From the NCBI GenBank assembly GCA_000993685.1, contig LBWP01000001.1, positions 9,739 through 73,738 of the forward strand: 64,000 nt of DNA, written 5' to 3'. The DNA is from Candidatus Woesebacteria bacterium GW2011_GWA1_39_21 (GTDB lineage: Bacteria > Patescibacteriota > Microgenomatia > UBA8517). Under the pieces are notes generated by a model. It was not told the DNA's origin. It searched no databases and saw only the letters and a list, made by a program, of their open reading frames with translations. Both the position numbers and the translations under genes were made by a program. Below, piece by piece: positions 29,677 to 40,816 of this stretch (position 1 is its first letter; each line of letters starts with the position of its first letter).

Positions 29677-29904
29677 TTATCTTCGGATATTTTCATTATA
29701 ATTCTTTAGCAACAACGAGATATGACGAACCCTATCGTTATAAGAATTGTGATTTTTCGTAAGTGATAGATGTTCTTCGCCACTGATGCAACTGTATAAA
29801 CCAAAAACAAAATATGTATCTTTTAGTTTTTTTCTTCCTCTAACGTTTTCCAAACACCATTGCATTTCCGCTTTTGTAACTTTGGATGCCGGATGTTCGA
29901 ACAA
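29677..29904 (-). CDS. Small ORF fragment (possible 3' piece of a disrupted gene)
   Basis: It overlaps the 29823..30092 ORF in a different frame. Confidence 0.2.
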   Translation of the reverse strand: MFEHPASKVTKAEMQWCLENVRGRKKLKDTYFVFGLYSCISGEEHLSLTKNHNSYNDRVRHISLLLKNYNENIRR

Positions 29905-30092
29905 GTTTTCGGAGACAAAAAAACAACTGGGTGGCCTTGCTGATGGATTATTTCCAAATATTTTCTAGTTTGTTCGATTATATCGTCCTTGGGTTGGGGT
30001 GCATCTGAAGAATAAAAATCTCGACCAAAGTCGTCGTAAATATCGCTTTTATAGACTAAACCATATTTATAACAGCGTTCAAGAAAACCCAA
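29823..30092 (-). CDS. Small hypothetical ORF that begins with TTG inside repeat copy A
   Basis: The 89-aa ORF's first codons are supplied by the repeat element, so it may be a remnant. Confidence 0.25.
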   Translation of the reverse strand: MGFLERCYKYGLVYKSDIYDDFGRDFYSSDAPQPKDDIIEQTRKYLEIIHQQGHPVVFLSPKTCSNIRHPKLQKRKCNGVWKTLEEEKN

Positions 30093-30208
30093 CCCTTCAG
30101 GGTGGGGATGACCCGCCTGCTTAGCTGCGCAAGCTAGCGGGCAGGATTCAACTCTGATATGTCATCCTCCTTGGGGAAACCCCGCCTTTTAAGGCGGGGA
30201 GGATGTCA
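30067..30208. repeat. Composite multi-hairpin repeat, copy A (with an extra internal GC hairpin insert)
   Basis: TTATAACAGCGTTCAAGAAAACCCAACCCTTCAGGGTGGGGATGA...CTCTGATATGTCATCCTCCTTGGGGAAACCCCGCCTTTTAAGGCGGGGAGGATGTCA matches the copies at 55187 and 57344. Confidence 0.85.
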
Positions 30209-30476
30209 TTAAAACCGTATTCCCAATTAATTTGTATAAATCTTTATCGTTGGTAATTCCCAGTGAATAACCGAGATATTTATCGTCGAACTTTGGTGCT
30301 TTGCCCATCTTTTGTTTGTTTAAATCAGAAAATTGTTCGATTGAAAAAATACCGGCGGAATATTTTTTTAGAGATTCAATGTCTTTGCGGTTCAGCCCGC
30401 TTTGCAGAATCTCCTGATCAAGATTTGTGGGGTTAAGGATGAATCTGTCTTGAGGAGTTTCTAAATACTCAAACAT
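30189..30476 (-). CDS. Small hypothetical protein (possible 5' piece of a gene interrupted by repeat copy A)
   Basis: The 95-aa ORF's stop codon lies inside the repeat element. Confidence 0.35.
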   Translation of the reverse strand: MFEYLETPQDRFILNPTNLDQEILQSGLNRKDIESLKKYSAGIFSIEQFSDLNKQKMGKAPKFDDKYLGYSLGITNDKDLYKLIGNTVLMTSSPP

Positions 30477-30484
30477 TTGTTAGA

Positions 30485-32473
<1,989 letters not shown>

Positions 32474-32480
32474 TTAAACT

Positions 32481-33086
32481 TCAATTGCTAATATTTTTTA
32501 AAAAGTGTAGGAAATGGAGATTGATGTTACCATTTCCGTTGATTGCTTTTCTTAGCAAAAGAGCATTTTTTGCGTATCTAATACCTTTTTCAAAGTTATC
32601 ACTTTTGATCTGCTCTGATGAAAACAATACCAGATTATCGCAAAAGTTCAAAATTTCGTTTCGCTCCTTCATCTTAGATAAGTATGCTGATTTTTCCAAA
32701 AGATCCATCTTAATAAAGGATGAAATTTCCGAAAGATCATTCTGTGTGTCAAAATTTCTGATTCTGACGATTTGACAACGTGATTTTATTGTTGGCAGTA
32801 CTAGATTCTCATTTTTGCTGTGGATGATAAAAATTAGATTTTCCTGAGGCTCCTCAATTTTTTTTAGTACGGCGTTTGCGCATTCCTCTGTCGCTTGGTG
32901 AAAATTTCTAACAACAATTGCAGTTTTTTCGGGAAGAGAAAGTTTGACAAAAGCGTTGAAATTTCTCGCATCTTCAATTTTTTGCAGCGCAAATTCCACA
33001 ATTTTGTAGCCCGTCAGATCAATCTGATTTTTGACTTCTTCCGTGAGTCTCGATTCGTCCTTTGTAACGATAAGGTACGCATGCAT
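32481..33086 (-). CDS. holB: DNA polymerase III delta-prime-like clamp-loader subunit (short form, no Walker A)
   Basis: It begins HAYLI and carries the VLKKIEEPQENLIFII and TIKSRCQ (SRC) motifs. Confidence 0.6.
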   Translation of the reverse strand: MHAYLIVTKDESRLTEEVKNQIDLTGYKIVEFALQKIEDARNFNAFVKLSLPEKTAIVVRNFHQATEECANAVLKKIEEPQENLIFIIHSKNENLVLPTIKSRCQIVRIRNFDTQNDLSEISSFIKMDLLEKSAYLSKMKERNEILNFCDNLVLFSSEQIKSDNFEKGIRYAKNALLLRKAINGNGNINLHFLHFLKNISN

Positions 33087-33176
33087 CTACTATATTTTAC
33101 TATTTTTGGCGCTCTTTCCCAAGCGTAATTTTATTTAATGTGTTATTTTGCTGTCCACCAGATGCTTGATGAGTGA

Positions 33177-34952
33177 TTGATATTAAGTCATAATAGTCAT
33201 AAATATATGCCTGCCCAACCATTAAATGCTCAGAATGACCAGAATTTTTCAAACGTAGTCAAAACGTTAGCCGACATTTTACTTCTTCAGGGTTCGATTT
33301 CCCAAGAGCAGTCAAGGCAAATAAAATTTACTGAAATTCAAACCGGCAAAACCCAAGAGGAAATTGTTTTGGAGCAAGGATTTGTCGCAGAAGCGGATCT
33401 GGTTCGTGCAAAATCTAATTTGTACAATATTCCCTTTTTGGATTTGGAGACGACACCAAGTTCGCCGGAAGCTCTGTCAATCCTCCCCCAACAGGTGGCA
33501 CAGCGGTTTAGGGTATTTCCCATTTCTATTGATAAGAACTCAAAAATTCTCAACTTAGCGATGGCTGACCCTCTTGACTTAACAGCAGTTGGCTTTATCG
33601 AGCAAAAAACCGGCTATCGTGTCAAGCCCTACGCTTCGCAGCCCACCAAAATCGACACGCAGGTTACGGCGGCGTATTCGAGCTCTTTAGCTAAAGAGGT
33701 TACGGAAGCGCTCAAAGAAGTTGCTCCAGAAAAAAGACTTATCCAGGTTGTTGATAGTGGTCGCACAAGTGTCGTCCGTGAAGAAAAAGTTTCGGAAATT
33801 GTCAAACAAATTTTGAGTTTTGCTGTGAAATCGCGTGCATCAGACATCCATATTGAACCGCAAGAAAAATCGACACGTGTTCGATATCGTATCGACGGAA
33901 TTTTGCAGGAGAAATTGACCACCCCCAAGGAGCTTCACGATGGGCTTGTCTCGAGAATCAAAATCCTGTCGGGGATGAAGATTGATGAAAAACGTGTTCC
34001 CCAGGATGGTAGATTTAATTTTTCCGCGGACAATGAAGAGGTTGACCTTCGTGTATCAACCCTGCCGACCACCTGGGGGGAGAAAATTGTGATCAGGCTT
34101 TTGAAGAAAACCGGAGGGATTCCTGATCTGACAGAACTTGGACTTCGTGGCCGGGCGATGAAACACCTTGAGGATGCGATTGTCAGACCGCATGGGATTA
34201 TTTTGATTACTGGTCCGACGGGTTCAGGTAAGACGACAACACTTTATTCAATTATCCAGAGGATTAACACTCCAAAGGTCAACATTATGACACTGGAGGA
34301 TCCGATTGAGTATAAAATTGCCGGCGTCAATCAGGTGCAGGTTAATCCGGGGGCTGGTTTGACATTTGCTTCAGGATTGCGATCTTTTTTGAGGCAGGAT
34401 CCTAACGTAATTCTTGTTGGTGAAATTCGTGATCAGGAAACAGCTGACCTTGCCGTTCAGGCATCGCTCACTGGTCATTTGGTATTTTCTACTCTTCACA
34501 CGACCGATGCCTCGGGCGCACTTCCGAGGATGTTAGATATGGGTGCGGAACCTTACCTTCTCGCCTCGTCGATTACCGCAATTATGGCACAGAGAGTCTT
34601 AAGAAAAATTCACACGGCCTGCAGGATTGATTACACACCCGATGAAAAAGTCGTAATGGAAATTAAAAAAACCTTAGGGAATTTATGGAAACCAGATACG
34701 GGTGTAAAATTCTATAAAGGTCAGGGTTGCAACGAATGTGGAAACTCCGGATATTATGGCCGTGTTGGAATTTTTGAGGTCTTGCCTGTTTCCGAAAAAA
34801 TTAGTAGGCTTATATTAGAGCGTTCTTCTTCGGCTGAAATTGAAAACACTGCCAAAGAAGAAGGTATGGTTACAATGAAGCAGGATGGTTATATGAAGGT
34901 TATTGATGGGATGACGAGTCTCGAAGAAGTTCTGCGCGTTGCGCAAGAATAA
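33177..34952 (+). CDS. pilB: Type IV pilus assembly ATPase PilB (GspE family)
   Basis: It has an N-terminal T2SSE_N domain, Walker A GPTGSGKTTT, Asp and His boxes and a tetracysteine CNECGNSGYYGR. Confidence 0.93.
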   Translation: MILSHNSHKYMPAQPLNAQNDQNFSNVVKTLADILLLQGSISQEQSRQIKFTEIQTGKTQEEIVLEQGFVAEADLVRAKSNLYNIPFLDLETTPSSPEALSILPQQVAQRFRVFPISIDKNSKILNLAMADPLDLTAVGFIEQKTGYRVKPYASQPTKIDTQVTAAYSSSLAKEVTEALKEVAPEKRLIQVVDSGRTSVVREEKVSEIVKQILSFAVKSRASDIHIEPQEKSTRVRYRIDGILQEKLTTPKELHDGLVSRIKILSGMKIDEKRVPQDGRFNFSADNEEVDLRVSTLPTTWGEKIVIRLLKKTGGIPDLTELGLRGRAMKHLEDAIVRPHGIILITGPTGSGKTTTLYSIIQRINTPKVNIMTLEDPIEYKIAGVNQVQVNPGAGLTFASGLRSFLRQDPNVILVGEIRDQETADLAVQASLTGHLVFSTLHTTDASGALPRMLDMGAEPYLLASSITAIMAQRVLRKIHTACRIDYTPDEKVVMEIKKTLGNLWKPDTGVKFYKGQGCNECGNSGYYGRVGIFEVLPVSEKISRLILERSSSAEIENTAKEEGMVTMKQDGYMKVIDGMTSLEEVLRVAQE

Positions 34953-34995
34953 TAAGTAAGTAGTTTTCAAGTTTGATTTTAAATATTTCATAATC

Positions 34996-36057
34996 ATGAG
35001 TATCAAAGATTTGTTGGAGTTGACAATCCAAAGGCGTGCATCTGACCTGCATATTATTTGCGGTTTACCACCATACTTGAGAATTGAGGGTGTTTTAGCT
35101 CCGGTGAATAGCGCCCCAATTGTTACGCAAGATGTTGTCGACAAATATCTGAGGGAGATCCTTTCAGCTGATAACCTTGAACGATTTTATGTCAACAAGG
35201 AGCTTGACTTTTCACTGGCGTTTTCGGCCAAGGCCAGGTTTAGAGTGAACGCTTATACACAAAAGAATCAATTTGCAATTTCATTCAGGATGATTCCAAT
35301 CGAGATCTCGGCGGTCGATGATTTGGGACTTCCGAAAATCGTCCACTCATTTGCAAATTTGCGGCAAGGATTCATTCTTATAACCGGTCCGACTGGACAT
35401 GGTAAGTCAACAACGCTTGCGGCAATTCTAAACGAGATTAACCAAATCAGGGCTTGTCATATCGTTACAATTGAAGACCCAATTGAATTTGTCTTCAGAC
35501 CGAGAAATTCAATTATTTCTCAAAGAGAAATGGGTTCAGATACACTTTCTTGGCAAGTTGCACTTCGAAGCGTGCTTAGGGAAGACCCTGACGTTGTTAT
35601 GGTGGGAGAAATGCGTGATTATGAAACGGTGTCCGCTGCTCTAACGATTGCAGAAACCGGGCATTTGGTTTTTGCTACTCTGCATACTAACTCTGCTGCG
35701 CAGACGATTGACAGGATTGTTGATGTTTTTCCCGATGAGCAGCAAAAGCAGGTAAAACTTCAAATGTCAAATGTTATCGAAGCTGTGTTTTCAATGCGCT
35801 TAATTCCTGCAGTGTCTGGCGACAGAGTTGTTGCATACGAAGTAATGTTGGGAACGTCAGCTGTTAAAAGTTCTATTAGGGAAGGCAAGACGCACCAAAT
35901 TGATAACATTCTACAAACTTCGACTGAAGTGGGAATGAATACACTTGAAATGTCTTTGGCGTCACTTGTAAAAACCGGAAAGGTGACTTTTGAGACGGCA
36001 CAATCCTTCTCGTTGAGACCTGAAGAGCTAACAAGACTTGTACGTTCGAGTAAGTGA
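34996..36057 (+). CDS. pilT: Type IV pilus retraction ATPase PilT
   Basis: It has Walker A GPTGHGKSTTL and REDPDVVMVGEMRD and is about 350 aa, which is typical of PilT. Confidence 0.9.
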   Translation: MSIKDLLELTIQRRASDLHIICGLPPYLRIEGVLAPVNSAPIVTQDVVDKYLREILSADNLERFYVNKELDFSLAFSAKARFRVNAYTQKNQFAISFRMIPIEISAVDDLGLPKIVHSFANLRQGFILITGPTGHGKSTTLAAILNEINQIRACHIVTIEDPIEFVFRPRNSIISQREMGSDTLSWQVALRSVLREDPDVVMVGEMRDYETVSAALTIAETGHLVFATLHTNSAAQTIDRIVDVFPDEQQKQVKLQMSNVIEAVFSMRLIPAVSGDRVVAYEVMLGTSAVKSSIREGKTHQIDNILQTSTEVGMNTLEMSLASLVKTGKVTFETAQSFSLRPEELTRLVRSSK

Positions 36058-36114
36058 ACCACTAACTCATTGAATCACTAACTCATCGGATCATTGAATT
36101 AGTGAGTCAATGGT

Positions 36115-37320
36115 ATGAAAAGATTCAAATACAGGGCAAGAACAACCACGGGCGAAGTTGTTAAAGGTGAAGTTGAAGCCACAAGCGACAAGATCGCCGC
36201 TAAACTTCTGAAAAGAAAAGGATACATCATCGTTTCCATTAAACCTAAAGCCGAGTTTATTATTGATATTACAAGAAAATTTAGAGACAGAGTAACTTCA
36301 AAGGATGTCGCAAATTTTACAAGACAGTTAGCAACGATGATGAATGCGGGACTTCCGATCACCGAGTCCTTGTTAATTTTAAGAAACCAATCAACGGGAA
36401 GGCTTCAAGTAATTTTAACCGAAATTCTAAATGATGTCGAAGGTGGACACTCTCTATCATCATCGCTTGAAAAGTATCCTTCGGTTTTCAATAAGACATA
36501 TGTTGCGCTTATTAAATCGGGCGAGATCGGCGGTGTTTTGGATGCAGTATTGGCAAAACTATCCGACAGTTTGGAAAAGCAACAGGAGTTTTCAGGTAGA
36601 GTGAAAGGTGCAATGGTTTACCCTTCAATAATCGTTATTGGAATGCTAATTGTGACCTTTATCATGCTTGTCTTTGTAATCCCACGTTTGACCTCGCTGT
36701 ATGACCAGTTTGATGCAGAGCTTCCGATAACGACAAAGTTGCTTCTTGCTGTTTCTGATGCGGTGAGTAAATACTGGTATTTGGTAATTGGAGCGGGTGT
36801 GGCGATATACTATATGTTTAAACTCTATATCAAAACGAAGACCGGAAGAAAAAAATTTGACGAATTTAAATTTAAAATCCCGCTTATTGGCAGTTTACAG
36901 AGGCAAGTGATTTTAACTGATTTGACGAGAACGATTTCGCTGATGGTTGGATCGCGCGTCTCGATTCTTGAAAGTTTGTACATTACCTCCGAAGTGGCAG
37001 ATAACTCGATTATTTCTGAAGCCTTAATTGATGCCGGAAAAATGGTTGAAAAAGGTTTTCCCGTCGCTTTCTCTTTTGCAAAACATCCGGAGGCGTTTCC
37101 GCCAATCCTCTCTCAAATGATCTCCGTTGGAGAAGAAACGGGAAAAATGGATGAGGTTTTGGATAAAATATCTCATGTTTTTGAAAGTGAGAGTGACCAG
37201 AAATTGAAGGCAATCACCGCGGCAATTGAACCAATTATTTTAATCTTTTTAGGTGTTGGCGTAGCATTTTTAGTCATTTCGGTGATCATGCCGATCTACA
37301 ATTTGACATCGCAAATTTAA
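36115..37320 (+). CDS. pilC: Type IV pilus inner-membrane platform protein PilC (GspF family)
   Basis: A duplicated T2SSF domain is present with three TM segments. Confidence 0.9.
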   Translation: MKRFKYRARTTTGEVVKGEVEATSDKIAAKLLKRKGYIIVSIKPKAEFIIDITRKFRDRVTSKDVANFTRQLATMMNAGLPITESLLILRNQSTGRLQVILTEILNDVEGGHSLSSSLEKYPSVFNKTYVALIKSGEIGGVLDAVLAKLSDSLEKQQEFSGRVKGAMVYPSIIVIGMLIVTFIMLVFVIPRLTSLYDQFDAELPITTKLLLAVSDAVSKYWYLVIGAGVAIYYMFKLYIKTKTGRKKFDEFKFKIPLIGSLQRQVILTDLTRTISLMVGSRVSILESLYITSEVADNSIISEALIDAGKMVEKGFPVAFSFAKHPEAFPPILSQMISVGEETGKMDEVLDKISHVFESESDQKLKAITAAIEPIILIFLGVGVAFLVISVIMPIYNLTSQI

Positions 37321-37403
37321 TCTAAAAACTTTGTCTATATTATTGCTGGCGCTTCATTAAAAATTTAAAATTGAAAATTGAAAATTGGTTTGCCCCTCTC
37401 CCC

Positions 37404-37430
37404 TTGACAGGCCATGTCCTTTTGTACAAT
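37404..37430 (+). promoter_or_regulatory. Sigma70-like promoter with an extended -10 (TTGACA, 15-nt spacer, TG-TACAAT) upstream of the first pilin gene
   Basis: CTTGACAGGCCATGTCCTTTTGTACAAT. The element is preceded by CCCCTCTCCCC and tandem AAATTGAAAATT repeats. The leader to the ATG at 37589 is about 160 nt. Confidence 0.5.
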
Positions 37431-37588
37431 ACTGAATATGGTTAATCAGACTTACGAAATTCGAAATATTGGATTTGAAGTTTGAATCGTTTCGACAACA
37501 TTTATGTTGGGTTCCAATTTCGAATCTAGTATTTTCAAAAATTAACCTACTGAGAGGGGGTGAAACTTACAAAGTTTTATAAACTATT

Positions 37589-38116
37589 ATGAAAAAGATA
37601 TATAAAGGCCTGACTACGCAGGCAGGTTTCACACTTATTGAGCTTCTGATTGTCATGGCAATTCTTGGTGTTTTAGCGGTTGTTGTCCTTGTTGCAATCA
37701 ATCCGGTTCAACAACTCGCAAGAACGCGTGATGCTGGAAGAAAAGCCGGTGTCGCCCAAATCGGTAGAGCATTGGAGGCTTACTATACTTCTCATAGTGG
37801 AAGCTATCTTCCTCTTTCGGACACGTTCTTAAATAGTCTTTCTACTTCGGGAGAGATTTCAACTCCTCCCAGTACGATATCATACAGAAGCGGATTTACA
37901 CCCCAAGCATGCATCAACAGTCAGAATGGGTGGTGTTATCTTATGGGTTCGGGAGAAGCCGTTTTATATACGGAATTGGAATCTGATTCGGAAAGAAGTA
38001 AATGTAGCGGTGTGGTCTCTTACTTTGTGTGGTCGACTGTTGACGGTCGTGGAGGATTGGTTTGTACAAATGTTGCAGCAGCTGGAACAGCTCAAACATG
38101 GAGCGCCCAGCAGTAA
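37589..38116 (+). CDS. pilA: Type IV pilin (prepilin with a G|FTLIELL class III signal), paralog 1
   Basis: MKKIYKGLTTQAG|FTLIELLIVMAILGVLAVVVLVAINP, with Glu at +5. The conserved C-terminal region contains LESDSERSKC...VWST.DGRGGLVC. Confidence 0.88.
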   Translation: MKKIYKGLTTQAGFTLIELLIVMAILGVLAVVVLVAINPVQQLARTRDAGRKAGVAQIGRALEAYYTSHSGSYLPLSDTFLNSLSTSGEISTPPSTISYRSGFTPQACINSQNGWCYLMGSGEAVLYTELESDSERSKCSGVVSYFVWSTVDGRGGLVCTNVAAAGTAQTWSAQQ

Positions 38117-38146
38117 CTTATTCTTAATTAGTTGAGAATAAAAATA

Positions 38147-38179
38147 ATGAGCCTGTGATAAAGCAGGCTCATTTATTTT
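38147..38179. terminator. Bidirectional intrinsic terminator between pilin 1 and the convergent GT-C gene
   Basis: ATGAGCCTG-TGATAAAG-CAGGCTCAT is followed by TTTATTTT, and by an A/T run on the other strand. Confidence 0.6.
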
Positions 38180-40037
38180 GTTCCCCAGGAGGAAGTGTCG
38201 AAAGGATGGGGTCGGTGAGGATGGATTTCACAAGGAATGACCCGTATAATTCTTCATCCTTATAATAATATTTCATAAAAAGTGCTATATTCTTGTATCC
38301 TATTGAGTAATATCTTTTCATATTTGTAAGACTGAAGCTGTAACCCACAACATCCTTGTAGGAATCATATTCTCCCAAAAGGAAATTATTGTAAATTTCA
38401 TCCTGGGCGGTTACGTAATCTTCTTTTTTGGGTACCGATTCGGCCCCAACAACAAAGTGATACACCAATCCGTGAGGTATTGTGCCCAATTTCTTATCCT
38501 GGTCATTCACGATGACCCTGGGTACAGTTGAATAAATGTTATACCCCCTTCTTATGAGATTGACGATGCAGGAATATAATGTTTCCTGATCGATCGTGTT
38601 TCTGTTTTTAATAAGATAAGTCTTTGCCTGATCGGGGTTCATGGTACCTGATTCTACAAGAAATTTCTCAAAACCGGTGTTTCTTCCGGGGATGGTGATA
38701 TCCGGTCGGAAATTTTCTTCAAGTTGGATATATAGAGTATTGAATGCAAATTCATCGTTATCAACGAATAGGAAACTTTTATTTTCCAATGGCCCCAGTA
38801 CGTCTTTTGCAAGGTTATTGCCGATGTAAATGTCGGATAGATCGGTCTTCGGGTAATTTGCAATGAAATATGATATCGGAACTAAAGCGAATGCGGCCAG
38901 CGTCAATGGATAAAATAAACGGTATAAAGGCCTCCTTTTGATGATTTTATTAAGTAATTTTGTTAATAACAAAATACCGGGACCGGAAAAAAGCAAAAGA
39001 AAAATTACGGAAGGAATGTAAAATCTTTCGATTGTTGAAATGTTAGCAAGGCTTTTGGTTTCAACTTTTGCGTAAAAAATATAAAAAGGACCGATAAAAA
39101 AAAGTGCAGTCAGTAAATAAAATAATAAAAGGCGTCTTTTTTGTTTTAGAAAATAGATTACGCCCAAAACGAAAGCAAAAGGAATAATCGGATTTAAATA
39201 CTCCTTCCAATATATGTAATAAGAATGAAAATCGTTTACAAACATGAATGGTCTGTTCTCCGTATCGATCCATCCATAGTCCTTTCGTAATATCAGATAG
39301 AGTAAATTTTTGGCCGTGACAGCCCGATCCCAGTTAACTATCGGATTTTGTGCTGCAGCTATAGGTATGTAAAGATACGGTAACAGACCCAGGATGAATA
39401 AAAATATGCAAGTCAATATTAATTTTAAATCTTTCAGGATTTTAATGTCTGTAAATAAGACCGAGAGTCCAACTGCAGGAAACATAAGCAAAACTGTCAT
39501 GTTATTTGTGAGCGATAAACCGAGGAAGAAAGACAGCGGGTACAAAAGTCTGTTTTCTTTGCTAATTATAAACTTGATTGTGATAAGTGAGATTAGAAGG
39601 ATAAAAAAAAAGTGGAGGGAAAAGACTTCTGCAACCTCTGCGTATATCCAAAAAGGATAGATAAAAGCAAGAATTAAACTTATAATAATCGATATTATTT
39701 TATTTTTTGTTAGTGTTAGTGAGATTAGATAAGTTAAGATAATGGAGAGCGATGCAAATAATGAAGATATCAATCCGACTCTCCAGGCTACTGTATGTCC
39801 CAATGGAAGTGAGTTAAAGGTAATCCCAAGAAGTATATAAAGTGGATATCCCGAAGGATGTGGAACGCCTTTTGAAATGATCGCTGAAAGAAAGTCTCCC
39901 GAATCGCCAGCAAACACGCCAGGACAAATTCCGTTAACGTATATCAAAAAAGTCGATAAAAACAAAAACAATACAATAAAATGCCCAGACAGAAACTTAA
40001 GAAGAATCTTTGTTTTACTTATTTTTTTTACTACCAT
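38169..40037 (-). CDS. DUF2723/TMEM260-like GT-C-fold membrane glycosyltransferase (putative protein O-glycosyltransferase)
   Basis: The 622-aa protein has more than 12 TM helices. The N-terminal loop GDSGDFLSAI...GVPHPSGYPLYILLG matches the WDSGEF...HPPGYPLY signature of DUF2723/GT117. Confidence 0.55.
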   Translation of the reverse strand: MVVKKISKTKILLKFLSGHFIVLFLFLSTFLIYVNGICPGVFAGDSGDFLSAIISKGVPHPSGYPLYILLGITFNSLPLGHTVAWRVGLISSLFASLSIILTYLISLTLTKNKIISIIISLILAFIYPFWIYAEVAEVFSLHFFFILLISLITIKFIISKENRLLYPLSFFLGLSLTNNMTVLLMFPAVGLSVLFTDIKILKDLKLILTCIFLFILGLLPYLYIPIAAAQNPIVNWDRAVTAKNLLYLILRKDYGWIDTENRPFMFVNDFHSYYIYWKEYLNPIIPFAFVLGVIYFLKQKRRLLLFYLLTALFFIGPFYIFYAKVETKSLANISTIERFYIPSVIFLLLFSGPGILLLTKLLNKIIKRRPLYRLFYPLTLAAFALVPISYFIANYPKTDLSDIYIGNNLAKDVLGPLENKSFLFVDNDEFAFNTLYIQLEENFRPDITIPGRNTGFEKFLVESGTMNPDQAKTYLIKNRNTIDQETLYSCIVNLIRRGYNIYSTVPRVIVNDQDKKLGTIPHGLVYHFVVGAESVPKKEDYVTAQDEIYNNFLLGEYDSYKDVVGYSFSLTNMKRYYSIGYKNIALFMKYYYKDEELYGSFLVKSILTDPILSTLPPGEQNK

Positions 40038-40816
40038 TTCTTAATGAGGAATAGGTTATTAATATATATCGATTTGGAAGAATAGTAGTTTTCTACAAGG
40101 ACGGCTAGATACGATAATAAAAGTAAGGGAATGTATAAAGGTAAAGTCAGAAAGTAGTATAGTTTGTTTTTTTGATTTAATTCAACCAAATAGTTCTCCA
40201 ATAAAGTTTCAATTGCAGATAATAAACCACCTTGTTTTTTATAATAGTGCAGCCGGCAATGGTGGAGTTTGATGAGCCGGTCAAATGTATAACGCGTAAA
40301 CCTGAAATGATCATTCGGTTCTTCATGAAGAGCCCAGAGAAAGGGTGCAGTTATTAATAAGTATCCATTTCTTTTTAATATTCTAACCATTTCATCAAAT
40401 AGTATAAACGGGTCAGTAACATGTTCAAATACCTGGAAAGCACAGACAATATCAAAGGTATTATCCTGGAAAGGGAGCTTTCCAACGAGTTTATAATTTT
40501 CAGGAAAGTATATGTTTGGTTCATCTTTAATATTTACACTTTTATTCGGTGAGAAATTGGGAAAATCAATACCTAGGTATTTTGTATTTTTAAATAAAAA
40601 TTTATATGGTTTTTCTCCGCAACCAACATCCAGTAATTTTCCTTTTAGTTTATATTTTTTAACAACATATCCGATGTCTTTGCGCAAGAAATATCTTTGT
40701 GAAAAATGAGGTATTGTATAAAAAAGAAATTCATCTGTGAGGCTTTTACTCATATAATGTTTGTGATGTAAATAGTTTACAGTTAAAATCAGATTAATGA
40801 AAATAGCATTTTTCAC
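40031..40816 (-). CDS. Class I SAM-dependent methyltransferase
   Basis: Motif I is LLDVGCGEKPY, followed by ILKRNGYLLITAP. Confidence 0.75.
   Translation of the reverse strand: MKNAIFINLILTVNYLHHKHYMSKSLTDEFLFYTIPHFSQRYFLRKDIGYVVKKYKLKGKLLDVGCGEKPYKFLFKNTKYLGIDFPNFSPNKSVNIKDEPNIYFPENYKLVGKLPFQDNTFDIVCAFQVFEHVTDPFILFDEMVRILKRNGYLLITAPFLWALHEEPNDHFRFTRYTFDRLIKLHHCRLHYYKKQGGLLSAIETLLENYLVELNQKNKLYYFLTLPLYIPLLLLSYLAVLVENYYSSKSIYINNLFLIKKW

Noticed and set aside
37350-37385. CRISPR-like array from the AAATTGAAAATT tandem repeats
   Set aside because: Only three 12-nt units with no spacers. No cas genes are in the window. It is a simple AT-rich tandem tract.
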